Origin: Nitrosospira multiformis ATCC 25196
Lineage (GTDB): Bacteria > Pseudomonadota > Gammaproteobacteria > Burkholderiales > Nitrosomonadaceae
Direction: 5' to 3'
Length of the DNA: 32,000 bases
NCBI RefSeq assembly: GCF_000196355.1
Contig: NC_007614.1
Location: 2,820,001-2,852,000 of the forward strand
Below the pieces are notes generated by a model. That model searched no databases and had not been told where the DNA came from. It saw only the letters and a list, made by a program, of their open reading frames with translations. The position numbers and the translations under genes were made by a program. Positions 17,779-27,666 of this stretch are shown piece after piece. Numbering within the stretch: the stretch's first letter is position 1; the number at the start of each line of letters is the position of its first letter.

Positions 17779-20532
17779 TTAATTCAGCTTGCCATGACAC
17801 TGTTTATATTTCTTTCCTGAGCCACAGGGACATGGATCATTACGCCCGATCTTTTCTCCCTGGCGGACGAACGGCTGATGTTTCTGCGGATGCTCGCGGC
17901 CTTCGATATCTTCTCCAATACTCTCGGGACTTTTTTCTTCACCCAGCGCTTCTTCAAAAGCAGCGTGATGGTACTGCACATTGACTGGGGCGTGGTGGGT
18001 TTCCGCCACGGCTTCCACCTGTTGCTCACTTCTGATCTGGACTGCCATGAGCGTCTTGCTGACTTCCGCCTTGATTTCTTCGAGCATGGACGTGAAGAGT
18101 TCAAAAGCTTCGCGCTTATATTCCTGCTTGGGATTTTTCTGCGCATATCCACGCAGATGAATTCCCTGGCGCAGGTGATCCAGTGAGGCGAGATGCTCGC
18201 GCCAGTGCATGTCAAGGCTTTGCAGCATGACCGCACGCTCGTACTGATGCATGATAGGCGCTCCCACTTGCTCCACTTTGCCGGAGTAGAGCGCATTCGC
18301 CGCCTCTATGATGCGCTGATGAAGGCTATCCTCATGTAAATCCGGTTCCTTTTCCAGCCATTCCCGCAAAGGCAGGGTCAGGTGATACTCGGCGGCCAGC
18401 GCCTTCTCCAGCCCGGAAATGTCCCATTCCTCCTCGACACTTTGCGGCGGCACATGGAGTGCGATGAGATTGCGCAGCATGTCTGCCCGCATCGCGGTTG
18501 TCGTTTCGGTTATATCTTCCGACTCAAGCAGTTCATTGCGCTGCTGATAGATGACTTTGCGCTGGTCATTGGCAACATCATCGTACTCCAGCAGTTGCTT
18601 GCGTATGTCGAAGTTGCGCGCTTCCACCTTGCGTTGCGCGTTCTCGATTGCGCGCGTCACCCAAGGGTGTTCAATGGCTTCTCCCTGAGGCATGTTGAGC
18701 CGCTGCATGATGCTCGCTACCCGGTCGGAGGCAAAAATGCGCAACAACGCGTCCTCCAGCGATAGATAAAACCGGCTGGAACCGGGGTCTCCCTGGCGGC
18801 CGGATCGGCCACGCAACTGATTATCTACGCGACGCGATTCATGGCGTTCGGTACCGATGATATGCAACCCTCCTTTTTCCAGCACTTCATCATGAAGGGT
18901 CTGCCACTGCTGTTGCAGTTCCGCAATCCGTTCTGTTTTCTCTGATTCGCTCAGGCTTTCATCGGAGCGAATGCGCTCGAATTCAGGTTCGGGATTGCCG
19001 CCCAGCACGATGTCCGTGCCCCGGCCGGCCATGTTCGTAGCAATGGTGATCATTTTCGGGCGCCCCGCCTGGGCAACGATTTCCGCCTCCCGTGCGTGCT
19101 GCTTCGCGTTCAGCACCTGATGCGGCAATTTCTCGCGAGTCAACAGGGAGGAAAGCAGTTCGTTGTTTTCAATCGAGGTGGTACCCACCAGAACAGGTTG
19201 CCCTCTCTCCTGACAGTCCTTGATGTCCGCGATAATCGCCTGGTACTTTTCGTCCATCGTGCGGAATACCTGGTCCATCCGATCGACACGTATCATGGGA
19301 CGGTGGGTCGGAATAATCACGGTTTCCAGTCCGTAAATCTGCTGGAATTCGTAAGCTTCGGTATCGGCGGTGCCGGTCATGCCCGCCAGTTTCTCGTACA
19401 TCCGGAAATAATTCTGGAAAGTGATCGAGGCGAGCGTCTGATTCTCCTTCTGGATGGTAACGCCTTCCTTTGCCTCCACTGCCTGATGCAAGCCTTCGGA
19501 CCAGCGCCGGCCTGCCATGAGCCGTCCGGTAAACTCATCGACGATAACGACTTCGCCATTCTGAATTACGTAGTGCTGGTCCCGATGAAACAAGGCGTGC
19601 GCGCGCAGACCGGCGTAAAGGTGGTGAACGAGATTGATATTGGCGGGATCATACAGGCTTGTTCCGGAAGGAAGCAGTCCGCTCTGGACCAGCAGTTTTT
19701 CCGCATGCTCGAACCCCGCCTCGCTCAACAATACCTGCTGGGCTTTCTCATCCACGCTAAAATCCCCGGGACTGTCCTCATTTTCCTGCCGGACCAGTTT
19801 TGGAATCAGCGCGTTCATGCGCACATAAACGTCCGTGTTGCCTTCCGCTTGCCCCGAAATGATCAAAGGAGTACGTGCCTCGTCGATCAGGATGGAGTCG
19901 ACCTCGTCGACAATGGCAAAATTGAGCACACGCTGCACCCGCTCGAGCGGATGAGTCACCATGTTATCGCGCAGGTAATCGAATCCGTATTCGTTGTTGG
20001 TGCCATAAGTTATATCGGCTGCATAGGCCGCCTGCTTGTCGCCATGATCCATCTGGGACAGAATCACGCCTACGCTGATCCCCAGGAATCGATAGATGCG
20101 GCCCATCCATTCAGCATCGCGCTTTGCCAGGTAATCGTTCACGGTGACGAGGTGCACACCCTTGCCCGCCAGCGCATTGAGATAAGCAGGCAAGGTGGCC
20201 ATCAGGGTCTTGCCTTCACCTGTCCGCATTTCGGCAATCTTGCCGTCGTGAAGCACCATGCCGCCGATCAACTGCACATCGAAATGACGCATTCCGAGCA
20301 CGCGCTTGCCTGCTTCTCGCACGACTGCAAATGCCTCGGGCAGCAGCATATCCAGATCGGCTCCTTCCCCGATGCGCTGCCTGAACTCTTCGGTCTTTCC
20401 ACGCAATTCCGCATCGCTCAGCGCCCCGATCTTCGCTTCCAGCGCATTGATCGCCGTCACGTTCTGTGAATACTGCTTGATGAGCCTGTCGTTACGGCTC
20501 CCGAACACTTTTTTGAGCAGATTGTTGAGCAT
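17779..20532 (-). CDS. secA: Preprotein translocase ATPase SecA
   Basis: 917 aa. Starts [16 protein letters not shown], carries the DEAD-like motor motifs ([27 protein letters not shown]), and ends with the zinc-binding tail [14 protein letters not shown]. Confidence 0.97.
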   Translation of the reverse strand: MLNNLLKKVFGSRNDRLIKQYSQNVTAINALEAKIGALSDAELRGKTEEFRQRIGEGADLDMLLPEAFAVVREAGKRVLGMRHFDVQLIGGMVLHDGKIAEMRTGEGKTLMATLPAYLNALAGKGVHLVTVNDYLAKRDAEWMGRIYRFLGISVGVILSQMDHGDKQAAYAADITYGTNNEYGFDYLRDNMVTHPLERVQRVLNFAIVDEVDSILIDEARTPLIISGQAEGNTDVYVRMNALIPKLVRQENEDSPGDFSVDEKAQQVLLSEAGFEHAEKLLVQSGLLPSGTSLYDPANINLVHHLYAGLRAHALFHRDQHYVIQNGEVVIVDEFTGRLMAGRRWSEGLHQAVEAKEGVTIQKENQTLASITFQNYFRMYEKLAGMTGTADTEAYEFQQIYGLETVIIPTHRPMIRVDRMDQVFRTMDEKYQAIIADIKDCQERGQPVLVGTTSIENNELLSSLLTREKLPHQVLNAKQHAREAEIVAQAGRPKMITIATNMAGRGTDIVLGGNPEPEFERIRSDESLSESEKTERIAELQQQWQTLHDEVLEKGGLHIIGTERHESRRVDNQLRGRSGRQGDPGSSRFYLSLEDALLRIFASDRVASIMQRLNMPQGEAIEHPWVTRAIENAQRKVEARNFDIRKQLLEYDDVANDQRKVIYQQRNELLESEDITETTTAMRADMLRNLIALHVPPQSVEEEWDISGLEKALAAEYHLTLPLREWLEKEPDLHEDSLHQRIIEAANALYSGKVEQVGAPIMHQYERAVMLQSLDMHWREHLASLDHLRQGIHLRGYAQKNPKQEYKREAFELFTSMLEEIKAEVSKTLMAVQIRSEQQVEAVAETHHAPVNVQYHHAAFEEALGEEKSPESIGEDIEGREHPQKHQPFVRQGEKIGRNDPCPCGSGKKYKQCHGKLN

Positions 20533-20536
20533 GAAA

Positions 20537-20563
20537 ATTCTATTTCTATTAAGCGATCGTCAA
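20537..20563 (-). promoter_or_regulatory. Candidate sigma70-type promoter abutting the secA start (speculative)
   Basis: The minus strand reads TTGACG-15 nt-TAGAAT-tttc-ATG(secA). The -35 is good, but the 15-nt spacer is short and the -10 ends only 4 nt before the ATG. No SD is visible between the terminator and the ATG. Confidence 0.2.
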
Positions 20564-20600
20564 AAAAATAGGGGGTGAGGTTTTTTCGGCCTCACCCCCC
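20561..20600 (-). terminator. Rho-independent terminator downstream of the M23 peptidase gene
   Basis: The minus strand reads GGGGGTGAGG-ccgaaaaaa-CCTCACCCCC followed by TATTTTTTT. This is a perfect 10-bp GC-rich stem (20571-20580 / 20590-20599) with a U-tract. Confidence 0.75.
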
Positions 20601-20622
20601 ACTGCAAAGTATTTATCCCGGC

Positions 20623-21540
20623 TCAACCCGGCATCTTCAGGAACCGTGACGGATTTTGGGGCGAGCCCCTATGCCTGACTTCAAAGTGAAGATGCGGACC
20701 GGTAGAGCGGCCTGTGCTGCCCACTTCCGCAATCTTCTGTCCACGAACCACCACTTGGCCCACCTTCACCAAGCGCTTGGAGGCATGAGCATAGCGGCTG
20801 ACAAAGTCATTGCCGTGGTCAACATCAATCATATTACCATACTCAGGATGATAATCGGAATACACTACCACGCCCCCCGCCGCTGAGAGAATGGGCGATC
20901 CGGCAGGCATGATGAAATCGATACCTTCATGAAAATGACGCTTTCCGGAAAAAGGATCGATACGCAGGCCGAAACCGGAGGAGTATGCCTTTCCCTCTAC
21001 CGGCATTGCCGATGGAAGAAACTTCTTCCTGAGCCTGTCCTGCATCAGCAATGAATCCAGGGCATCGAGCTTGTCGGTGCGATCATCCAGCGTCCGTGCC
21101 AGCTCCTGTATCTGGCTGTTGAATTCGGTAAATGAGATATCCTGTAATTGCTGTGTAGACAAGGTTCCTCCCTGCCCGGGATTCTGGTTGAACAGGTATT
21201 CCTGCGGCTTCATGCCGGCCAGCTCTGCCAGTCGCACGCCAACGGAATCGAGTCGCAGCAGCTGGGCCTGCATCTGGCCCATCTTGATCGCCATGGCATT
21301 GAGGCTGTCCCGCAGATAGGACTGCGTTTTCTGTTGCTCCTCCTGCTGTGCACTTAAAACTAGTGATCGCAATGTAGGACTGTCGATCTTGTCTGCATAG
21401 CGCAGGGATATATAGTTGAGTACCATCGCCATCAGCATGGAAGCAAAAAGGAACCCTAAAACCACGAGCGTAAGATGTTTAGCGGTTAGAGTCAGGGTTT
21501 TTGCTTTTGCCGAATTATTGGAAATTAGAATAATATTCAT
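20623..21540 (-). CDS. M23 family metallopeptidase (murein endopeptidase-like), N-terminal membrane anchor and coiled-coil
   Basis: LytM-domain zinc motifs HEGIDF and STGPHLHFEV. The start is set at MNIILISNN (ATG 21538-21540) because AGGGGAGAAG lies immediately upstream. The longest ORF extends to 21579. Confidence 0.88.
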   Translation of the reverse strand: MNIILISNNSAKAKTLTLTAKHLTLVVLGFLFASMLMAMVLNYISLRYADKIDSPTLRSLVLSAQQEEQQKTQSYLRDSLNAMAIKMGQMQAQLLRLDSVGVRLAELAGMKPQEYLFNQNPGQGGTLSTQQLQDISFTEFNSQIQELARTLDDRTDKLDALDSLLMQDRLRKKFLPSAMPVEGKAYSSGFGLRIDPFSGKRHFHEGIDFIMPAGSPILSAAGGVVVYSDYHPEYGNMIDVDHGNDFVSRYAHASKRLVKVGQVVVRGQKIAEVGSTGRSTGPHLHFEVRHRGSPQNPSRFLKMPG

Positions 21541-21565
21541 CTTCTCCCCTAATCGTGATTCAGCC

Positions 21566-22018
21566 ATGACTGCCCGCAAGATCGATTTCTACCTTGGGAC
21601 CCTGAGGCTGACGCCCGAGCATCAGCGGTTATTCAATCACGTGGAAAAGTTAACCGAGATGCAACGGGCATTTAAGAAAATTATGCCCCTTAACCTGGGC
21701 AAGCACTGCGCTTTAGGTGGCTTCTCTGAAGGAAGCCTGACAATTTGCGCGGATAACGGTGCGATTGCTGCAAAACTCAGGCACATGCTGCCATCATTAT
21801 TATTAAAGCTTCAGGCAGCCGGGTACGAGGTTACTGCAATTCGGATTGCTGTGCAAGCAAATTACAGCGACATTCGAGGAAATGATTTCCCCGACAAAAA
21901 ACGCCAAATAGATAAAGGGGGCATCAGGAGCCTCAATGTCCTGGCTGCGGGTCTGGAAGATTCGCCATTGAAAACCGCGTTGGAGTCGCTTCTGGAAAAA
22001 CAGGGACGGAGGCTCTGA
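21566..22018 (+). CDS. DUF721 domain protein (DciA-like)
   Basis: 150 aa. The core GKHCALGGFSEGSLTICADNGAIAAKLRHMLPSLLLKLQAAGYEVTAIRIAV fits my memory of the DUF721 pattern. I recall this family beside M23/secA in other proteobacteria. There is no clear SD, and the first ATG not overlapping the M23 gene was chosen. Confidence 0.6.
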   Translation: MTARKIDFYLGTLRLTPEHQRLFNHVEKLTEMQRAFKKIMPLNLGKHCALGGFSEGSLTICADNGAIAAKLRHMLPSLLLKLQAAGYEVTAIRIAVQANYSDIRGNDFPDKKRQIDKGGIRSLNVLAAGLEDSPLKTALESLLEKQGRRL

Positions 22019-22393
22019 AAGAAAAGGCAAGGCCTTGTTCTATCCCTGGAATCCGAAAAAAACCGCGAGCCAACCAAAGGGGAGCAAAATCGGAAGAGAA
22101 CAAGGACAGAAGGAGGGATATTCCGCGATCACGTTGAAATGAGCAAATTGCCGCCCATGAACGAGCGCTGGGCTGAACGCTACCCAGGCGAAGGAAAATA
22201 TCCATCCCAGGAAATAGCGGGTCGCTCAGTTTGCCGAGACGACCTGCAAGAAAAACTCCCGATGATTACAATCTGTTCTGTCCATCTGCGCTTCTGAACG
22301 TGCGTCCAGGCAGATCAAAAGGCAAAAATATTCAGTGCAGCCAATGCTGCTGGAGAATCCCGCTCCAGACCGGGTGTAACCGGTAGCCGTTGC

Positions 22394-23563
22394 TCAATCG
22401 GCCTGTTTTCTCAGGAATGCTGGAATATCCAGTATATCCACCCCTGACTGCCTCATCGCTTCGACGGCTGCATCCCGCTGCCTGTTGGTTCGGATCGAAG
22501 CAGGACCTTCCGAGTCTTTCCAGTTCATGGGGTCGATATTATCCATGGCGGCCCGCGGGTGGACAACGCTCAAGGGCTTGGGCGGAACGCGCGTGGCGCC
22601 TCCCAGGCCGACTCCGCCCAGACCGGTCGCCACCACGGTTACACGCAGATCATCATGCATGTCGTCGTCAATGACGGTTCCGACGATCACGGTAGCGTCC
22701 TCGGCGGTGAAATCCTTGATCGTGTTCATTACATCATGTACTTCGCGCATCTTCATTGCGGCGTTGGCAGTGATATTTACCAGTACCCCACGCGCACCGG
22801 CAAGATTGATATCCTCCAGCAAGGGACTTGCAACTGCCTGCTCGGCTGCGGCCCGAGCGCGATCGGGACCACAGGCAATCGCTGAACCCATCATGGCCAT
22901 GCCCATTTCGGACATCACCGTTTTCACATCGGCGAAATCGACATTGACAAGTCCCGGACAATTGATCACTTCGGCAATACCGGCGACGGCGCTATACAAT
23001 ACATTGTTGGCCGCCTTGAATGCATCCAGCATGCTGACTTCTTCTCCCAGCACTGCCATAAGCTTGTCATTGGGAATCACGATCAGGGAGTCAACGTATT
23101 GCGCAAGCGCTTCCAGTCCCGCTTGGGCCGCTCTCACGCGCCTGCCTTCGAATACAAAAGGTTTCGTGACTACGGCGACGGTCAGAATTCCCATTTCCCT
23201 TGCAACCTGAGCCACTACCGGCGCAGCGCCTGTTCCCGTTCCGCCGCCCATGCCTGCGGTAATGAACAGCATGTCCGCCCCTTCAATCAGCTCGGCAATG
23301 CGGTCGCGGTCCTCGAGTGCGGCATGCCGTCCAATCTCTGGATCGGCGCCGGCCCCCAATCCCTTGGTGATCGTCGATCCCAACTGCACGAGGGTACGCG
23401 CCTGATTGCGCTTCAGCGCCTGTGAATCGGTATTGGCGCAAATGAAGTCGACGCCTTGCACACCGTTTTCCATCATATGATCTACGGCATTACCCCCGCA
23501 CCCACCCACGCCGATGACCTTGATAACAGCTTCCTGTGTTTGTGTATCCATGATTTCGAACAT
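22394..23563 (-). CDS. ftsZ: Cell division GTPase FtsZ
   Basis: Starts MFEIMD...[16 protein letters not shown], has the tubulin signature [11 protein letters not shown], and ends with the conserved C-terminal peptide [17 protein letters not shown] lies 6 nt upstream of the ATG at 23563; the longest ORF starts at 23587. Confidence 0.97.
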   Translation of the reverse strand: MFEIMDTQTQEAVIKVIGVGGCGGNAVDHMMENGVQGVDFICANTDSQALKRNQARTLVQLGSTITKGLGAGADPEIGRHAALEDRDRIAELIEGADMLFITAGMGGGTGTGAAPVVAQVAREMGILTVAVVTKPFVFEGRRVRAAQAGLEALAQYVDSLIVIPNDKLMAVLGEEVSMLDAFKAANNVLYSAVAGIAEVINCPGLVNVDFADVKTVMSEMGMAMMGSAIACGPDRARAAAEQAVASPLLEDINLAGARGVLVNITANAAMKMREVHDVMNTIKDFTAEDATVIVGTVIDDDMHDDLRVTVVATGLGGVGLGGATRVPPKPLSVVHPRAAMDNIDPMNWKDSEGPASIRTNRQRDAAVEAMRQSGVDILDIPAFLRKQAD

Positions 23564-23674
23564 CACGTACCTCCCTTTTATGTTCAAACAATAAACGTTA
23601 CTCGTCGAACCCTGTCGGTATGCAATTCACTCTCGCACTCGCCAGGGGCAAAGTGTTGCTTTCAAACTCTCCAT

Positions 23675-23691
23675 GGCGGCACGCAGCCGCC
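23675..23691 (-). other. GC hairpin 3 nt downstream of the ftsA stop
   Basis: GGCGGC-5 nt-GCCGCC, a perfect 6-bp stem, with no following U-run. It lies in the 131-nt ftsA-ftsZ spacer. Confidence 0.4.
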
Positions 23692-23694
23692 CAC

Positions 23695-24933
23695 TCAGAA
23701 ATTGACCTGAAACCAGCTTTTCATCCTGTCCAGGATTCGCGAGAATGAATTGCCCTCCAGCCTGGTTTGCTCGTGCTGTTGCAGTTGGTCCACTCCTGCG
23801 AGGATCAGGCCTATTCCAGTGGAGCATCTGGGTGTGACCACCACTTCCTCGAGACTACCGTGGTATTTGGGCAATCCCAGTCGCACCGGCATGTGAAATA
23901 TCTCTTCACCGAGCTCCACCATTCCTTCCAGAGAACTGCTGCCGCCCGTGATCACGATCCCTGATGACAGCAATTCTTCGAAACCGCTGCGCCGCAGCTC
24001 GGCCTGCACGAGCGAGTATAGCTCCTCCACGCGCGGCTCGATGACTTCGGCCAATGTCTGTCTCGACAGATGCCGGACACTCCGGTTGCCCACCCCCGCC
24101 ACTTCCACCATTTCGTGCGGATCGGCCATGCTGCGCAACGCGCATCCGTAGCGGCACTTGATGTCTTCGGCATCACTGGGAGAGGTGCGCAGCGCCAACG
24201 CAATATCGTTGGTAATCTGATCGCCGGCGATCGGAATCACTGCGGTGTGGCGAATGGCACCCCGGGTAAATATCGCGATATCGGTCGTACCTCCGCCGAT
24301 ATCCAGGAGGCAAACTCCCAGGTCTTTTTCATCTTCGGATAGAACGGCCATTGCGGAAGCAAGAGGCTGCAACACCAGGTCGCGCACTTCCAACCCGCAG
24401 CGGCGCACGCACTTCAGGATGTTCTGAACAGCCGATACCGAACCCGTAACGATATGAACCTTGACTTCGAGGCGTACGCCGCTCATGCCAATCGGTTCCA
24501 GAACATCCTCTTGCTCGTCTATGATGAATTCCTGGTTGAGCACATGGAGCACCTGCTGGTCGTTCAGTATATTCACGGCCTTTGCCGTCTCCATCACCCG
24601 CTCCACATCCTGCCGGGATACCTCCTTGTTCTTGATAGGCACCATCCCGTGCGAATTGAAACTCTTGATGTGACTCCCTGCAATACCGGTATAAACCTCG
24701 CGGATCTTGCAGTCCGCCATCAACTCCGCCTCCTCCAGCGCGCGTTGAATCGCGTTCACGGTTGCATCGATATTGACGACCACCCCTTTCTTCAGACCCC
24801 GTGACGGATGGCTTCCCATGCCGATCACGGTATATCCGCCCTCGGGCTTCATTTCAGCGACAACGGTCACAATCTTCGAAGTGCCGATATCAATGCCGAC
24901 AACCAGATTTTTACCTTCACTGCCTCTATTCAT
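23695..24933 (-). CDS. ftsA: Cell division protein FtsA
   Basis: Actin-like fold motifs (LVVGIDIGTSKIV, LDIGGGTTDIA). The start is set at MNRGSEGKNLVVGIDIG (412 aa), which parallels E. coli MIKATDRKLVVGLEIG. The longest ORF (to 25047) would overlap ftsQ by 35 nt. Confidence 0.93.
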   Translation of the reverse strand: MNRGSEGKNLVVGIDIGTSKIVTVVAEMKPEGGYTVIGMGSHPSRGLKKGVVVNIDATVNAIQRALEEAELMADCKIREVYTGIAGSHIKSFNSHGMVPIKNKEVSRQDVERVMETAKAVNILNDQQVLHVLNQEFIIDEQEDVLEPIGMSGVRLEVKVHIVTGSVSAVQNILKCVRRCGLEVRDLVLQPLASAMAVLSEDEKDLGVCLLDIGGGTTDIAIFTRGAIRHTAVIPIAGDQITNDIALALRTSPSDAEDIKCRYGCALRSMADPHEMVEVAGVGNRSVRHLSRQTLAEVIEPRVEELYSLVQAELRRSGFEELLSSGIVITGGSSSLEGMVELGEEIFHMPVRLGLPKYHGSLEEVVVTPRCSTGIGLILAGVDQLQQHEQTRLEGNSFSRILDRMKSWFQVNF

Positions 24934-25012
24934 TTGCCTTGCAATCCCTGCTTCCTCCCGTTTCACGGGATTCCCGGAAATCCTGCCTGTCTGTTCCTGG
25001 GGAGCTTCACTG

Positions 25013-25723
25013 CTATCGCGTTCCACGCGCTGCGAAACCACTGACATAACGTAAATCTACATAACTCAAACGTTGATTCAATCGCGCCACGACCAGATCG
25101 TGCGTCTGTACATAGCGCTCCAACCGCTTCTCCAAGTGCTCTCGCCCGAGCTCCAGTATCGTTCCGTTCCCGAGACGAACCCGCCATGCCCGCCGGGGTG
25201 AAAGTTCCACCTGCTCGACGTCCTGCTTCAACGGCTGTAGCAATTTGGTAAAAACCGCATGCTGATGCACCATTTCACGAACACTCTCTCTTGGTCCTTC
25301 AAATATCGGCATTGGCTCATCGGAGGTAGCATTGAATATCTCTCCCTGCCTATTGACCAGAGCACTGTCCCCCCAGTGTGCCAGCGGCACATGCTCCTCG
25401 ACCACCACGTCCAGCCCATTCGGCCAGATTCGCCGAACACTTGCTACCCTTACCCAGGCCAGTTTTTCGAACGTGTGCCGCGCAGCCTCAAGATCAATGG
25501 TTAAAAAATTTCCTCCCACTTCGCGATGAACCACGTCAGAAACCTGTTCTCGCGTCACGTGCCTCAGCTCGCCGCTGCCGCTGTTGCTCCTGATATGGAC
25601 TTCCTTCAGGGGCAGCAGCGGCAGATGGATCGTCCACTGGACCATAAGGTAGATCGTTGTCAGTCCCGCCAGCGTAAACAGCCAGTCCGCCACCTGGTTC
25701 AATGCCTGATGGTTATCCCACAT
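25013..25723 (-). CDS. ftsQ: Cell division protein FtsQ
   Basis: Single N-terminal TM helix ([20 protein letters not shown]) followed by a POTRA-like region. It sits between ddl and ftsA, and its ATG overlaps the end of ddl by 11 nt. Confidence 0.85.
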   Translation of the reverse strand: MWDNHQALNQVADWLFTLAGLTTIYLMVQWTIHLPLLPLKEVHIRSNSGSGELRHVTREQVSDVVHREVGGNFLTIDLEAARHTFEKLAWVRVASVRRIWPNGLDVVVEEHVPLAHWGDSALVNRQGEIFNATSDEPMPIFEGPRESVREMVHQHAVFTKLLQPLKQDVEQVELSPRRAWRVRLGNGTILELGREHLEKRLERYVQTHDLVVARLNQRLSYVDLRYVSGFAARGTR

Positions 25724-26633
25724 GGGCCAGTCCCAGTATCTTCAGCACCAGCTCCTCGAAGGATATTCCTGCCGCTTTTGCCGCCATGGGAACGAGACTA
25801 TGGGTGGTCATCCCAGGGGAGGTGTTCGCTTCGAGAAAATAGGGAGTGCCCGATTTATCCAGTATCAAATCCACCCTTCCCCAACCTTCGCAGCCCAACA
25901 GTCTGTGCGCCTGCAATGCCTGTTTCCGAATGAGGCACTCCTGCTCCTCGGACACGCCGCTCGGGCAGAAATACTGCGTCTTGTCCGACAGGTATTTGGC
26001 TTGGTAGTCGTACAGATCACCCTCGACCTGAATTCGCACCAGCGGTAACGCTACATCTCCGAGAATAGAAGCCGTGAGTTCGGTTCCTTCGATAAACTGC
26101 TCCGCCAGCACCATGGCATCATGGCGGGCAGCAAGATGCCATGCGGCAGCGACTTCCCCTGCTTCCCTGACCTTGCTCAGACCAATGGTGGAACCCTCTC
26201 GCGAAGGTTTTACAATCAGCGGCAGGCCCAACTCTTTTGCCACTGCATCAAAATCGCTCTGCTCATCGAGCAGGATATGGCGCGGCGTGTTGATGCCCGC
26301 GGACTGCCAGAGCAATTTGGTACGCCATTTGTCCATCGCCAAGGCGCTGGCCAGCACGCCGCTCCCGGTATAGGGAATCCCCAGCAGTTCCAGCGCGCCC
26401 TGGACTGTTCCGTCCTCACCATAACGGCCATGGAGGGCGATATGAGCGCGCGTATACCCTTGCTGCAAAAGCGCGTCCATGTGCTGTTCGGAGGGGTCGA
26501 ATGGATGAGCGTCCACCCCGGAGCTGCGCAGAGCATCGAGTACGGCTTTACCGCTTTCAAGGGAAATCTCGCGCTCCGCTGATCGTCCTCCGAGGAGAAC
26601 CGCGACCTTCCCGAAGTCATGACTACCCGCCAT
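25713..26633 (-). CDS. ddl: D-alanine--D-alanine ligase
   Basis: Contains [20 protein letters not shown], an ATP-grasp core, and the C-terminal EANTSPGMT. The start is set at [10 protein letters not shown] (306 aa, the same length as E. coli DdlB) with AAAGGA about 8 nt upstream. Confidence 0.93.
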   Translation of the reverse strand: MAGSHDFGKVAVLLGGRSAEREISLESGKAVLDALRSSGVDAHPFDPSEQHMDALLQQGYTRAHIALHGRYGEDGTVQGALELLGIPYTGSGVLASALAMDKWRTKLLWQSAGINTPRHILLDEQSDFDAVAKELGLPLIVKPSREGSTIGLSKVREAGEVAAAWHLAARHDAMVLAEQFIEGTELTASILGDVALPLVRIQVEGDLYDYQAKYLSDKTQYFCPSGVSEEQECLIRKQALQAHRLLGCEGWGRVDLILDKSGTPYFLEANTSPGMTTHSLVPMAAKAAGISFEELVLKILGLAHVG

Positions 26634-27666
26634 ATCCACCATCCTTTCTGTAAGCAGTCCGGGAGACATGCAACTCGGGTCTGGCGGGGGTCCCGATAAT
26701 GCGCACCTCCTGTTTCAGTTCGACGCCGGTCTGCTTTTTTACGGTTTCACGGACCGCAGCAATCACCGCTTCTATGTCGGAAGCGGTAGCACCCCCGGTG
26801 TTCACAATGAAATTTGCGTGGCGCGGCGAAACCATGGCGCCGCCGATACGAAACTCCTTAAGTCCGCACGACTCGATGAGTCGCGCCGCTTTGTCATTCT
26901 CCGGATTGCGGAACACGGACCCCGCATTCGGCAGGTTTAAAGGCTGAGTATGGATACGGCGGGCAAGCAACTCCTTGATCTTCTGCCGAACTGCCGCTGC
27001 ATGGTCCCGCGGCAGCGCGAACCATGCGCCCGAAAACCATTCGTCCGTCAGAGAATCGTCAGGGGCATTTTCTCTGGCGCCCATCTTTTGGCTCCCACTG
27101 CTCTTCTCTGCCTTCAATGCCACGTGCCGATAGCCAATTTCGTAATTCCCAGGCGGCCGTCGGCGCAATATCCCCAAGCGGTCTATGGTTTGCACACTCG
27201 AGACGATGTCCCAGGTTTCGGTTCCATAGCATCCGGCATTCATTGCCAATGCGCCGCCCACGGTCCCGGGAATACCTGCCAGGAATTCCGCGCCCCCCAG
27301 TCCCTGCAGCGCAGCAAACCGGGCAACTTTGGCACATGCTACACCTGCACCGGCATAGATCAGCATCTGGCCCATGTCGGATTCCAGCTGTAAACCATTC
27401 AGGCGTGCGTGCAGTACAACGACGCTGCCCCGCACCCCGCCATCGCGTACCAGAAGATTGCTGCCGAGTCCCATCACATATACCGGTTCATTCCAGGGCA
27501 GGCCGCGCAGAAACGCCGCGAGATCAGGCAAATCCCCCGGCAGATAGATGCGCTCTGCACTCCCGCCCGCACGCCAGGAAGTATAGTTCTTCATCGGCTG
27601 ATCATGGCGCAGTTCGCCGCGAACGCCGGCATAATCAAGAGAGAAGTTGATTTCCGACATATCCAT
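26623..27666 (-). CDS. murB: UDP-N-acetylenolpyruvoylglucosamine reductase
   Basis: FAD-binding block [13 protein letters not shown]...GLGSNLLV plus the catalytic region GSVFRNP. The ATG directly abuts the murC stop. Confidence 0.92.
   Translation of the reverse strand: MDMSEINFSLDYAGVRGELRHDQPMKNYTSWRAGGSAERIYLPGDLPDLAAFLRGLPWNEPVYVMGLGSNLLVRDGGVRGSVVVLHARLNGLQLESDMGQMLIYAGAGVACAKVARFAALQGLGGAEFLAGIPGTVGGALAMNAGCYGTETWDIVSSVQTIDRLGILRRRPPGNYEIGYRHVALKAEKSSGSQKMGARENAPDDSLTDEWFSGAWFALPRDHAAAVRQKIKELLARRIHTQPLNLPNAGSVFRNPENDKAARLIESCGLKEFRIGGAMVSPRHANFIVNTGGATASDIEAVIAAVRETVKKQTGVELKQEVRIIGTPARPELHVSRTAYRKDGGYGG

Noticed and set aside
19096-20469. A 457-aa ORF antisense to secA. Similar long antisense ORFs lie opposite pyrB (12081-13151, 356 aa), murG/ftsW (29418-30422 and 29734-30876), ftsZ (22485-23210), nrdB (2367-3056) and fumC (5067-5690).
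   Set aside because: All lie exactly opposite strongly supported, conserved genes. They have Arg/Ser/Pro/Cys-rich, low-information compositions and no SD. They are the expected stop-free shadow frames when the sense strand avoids TTA, CTA and TCA codons.
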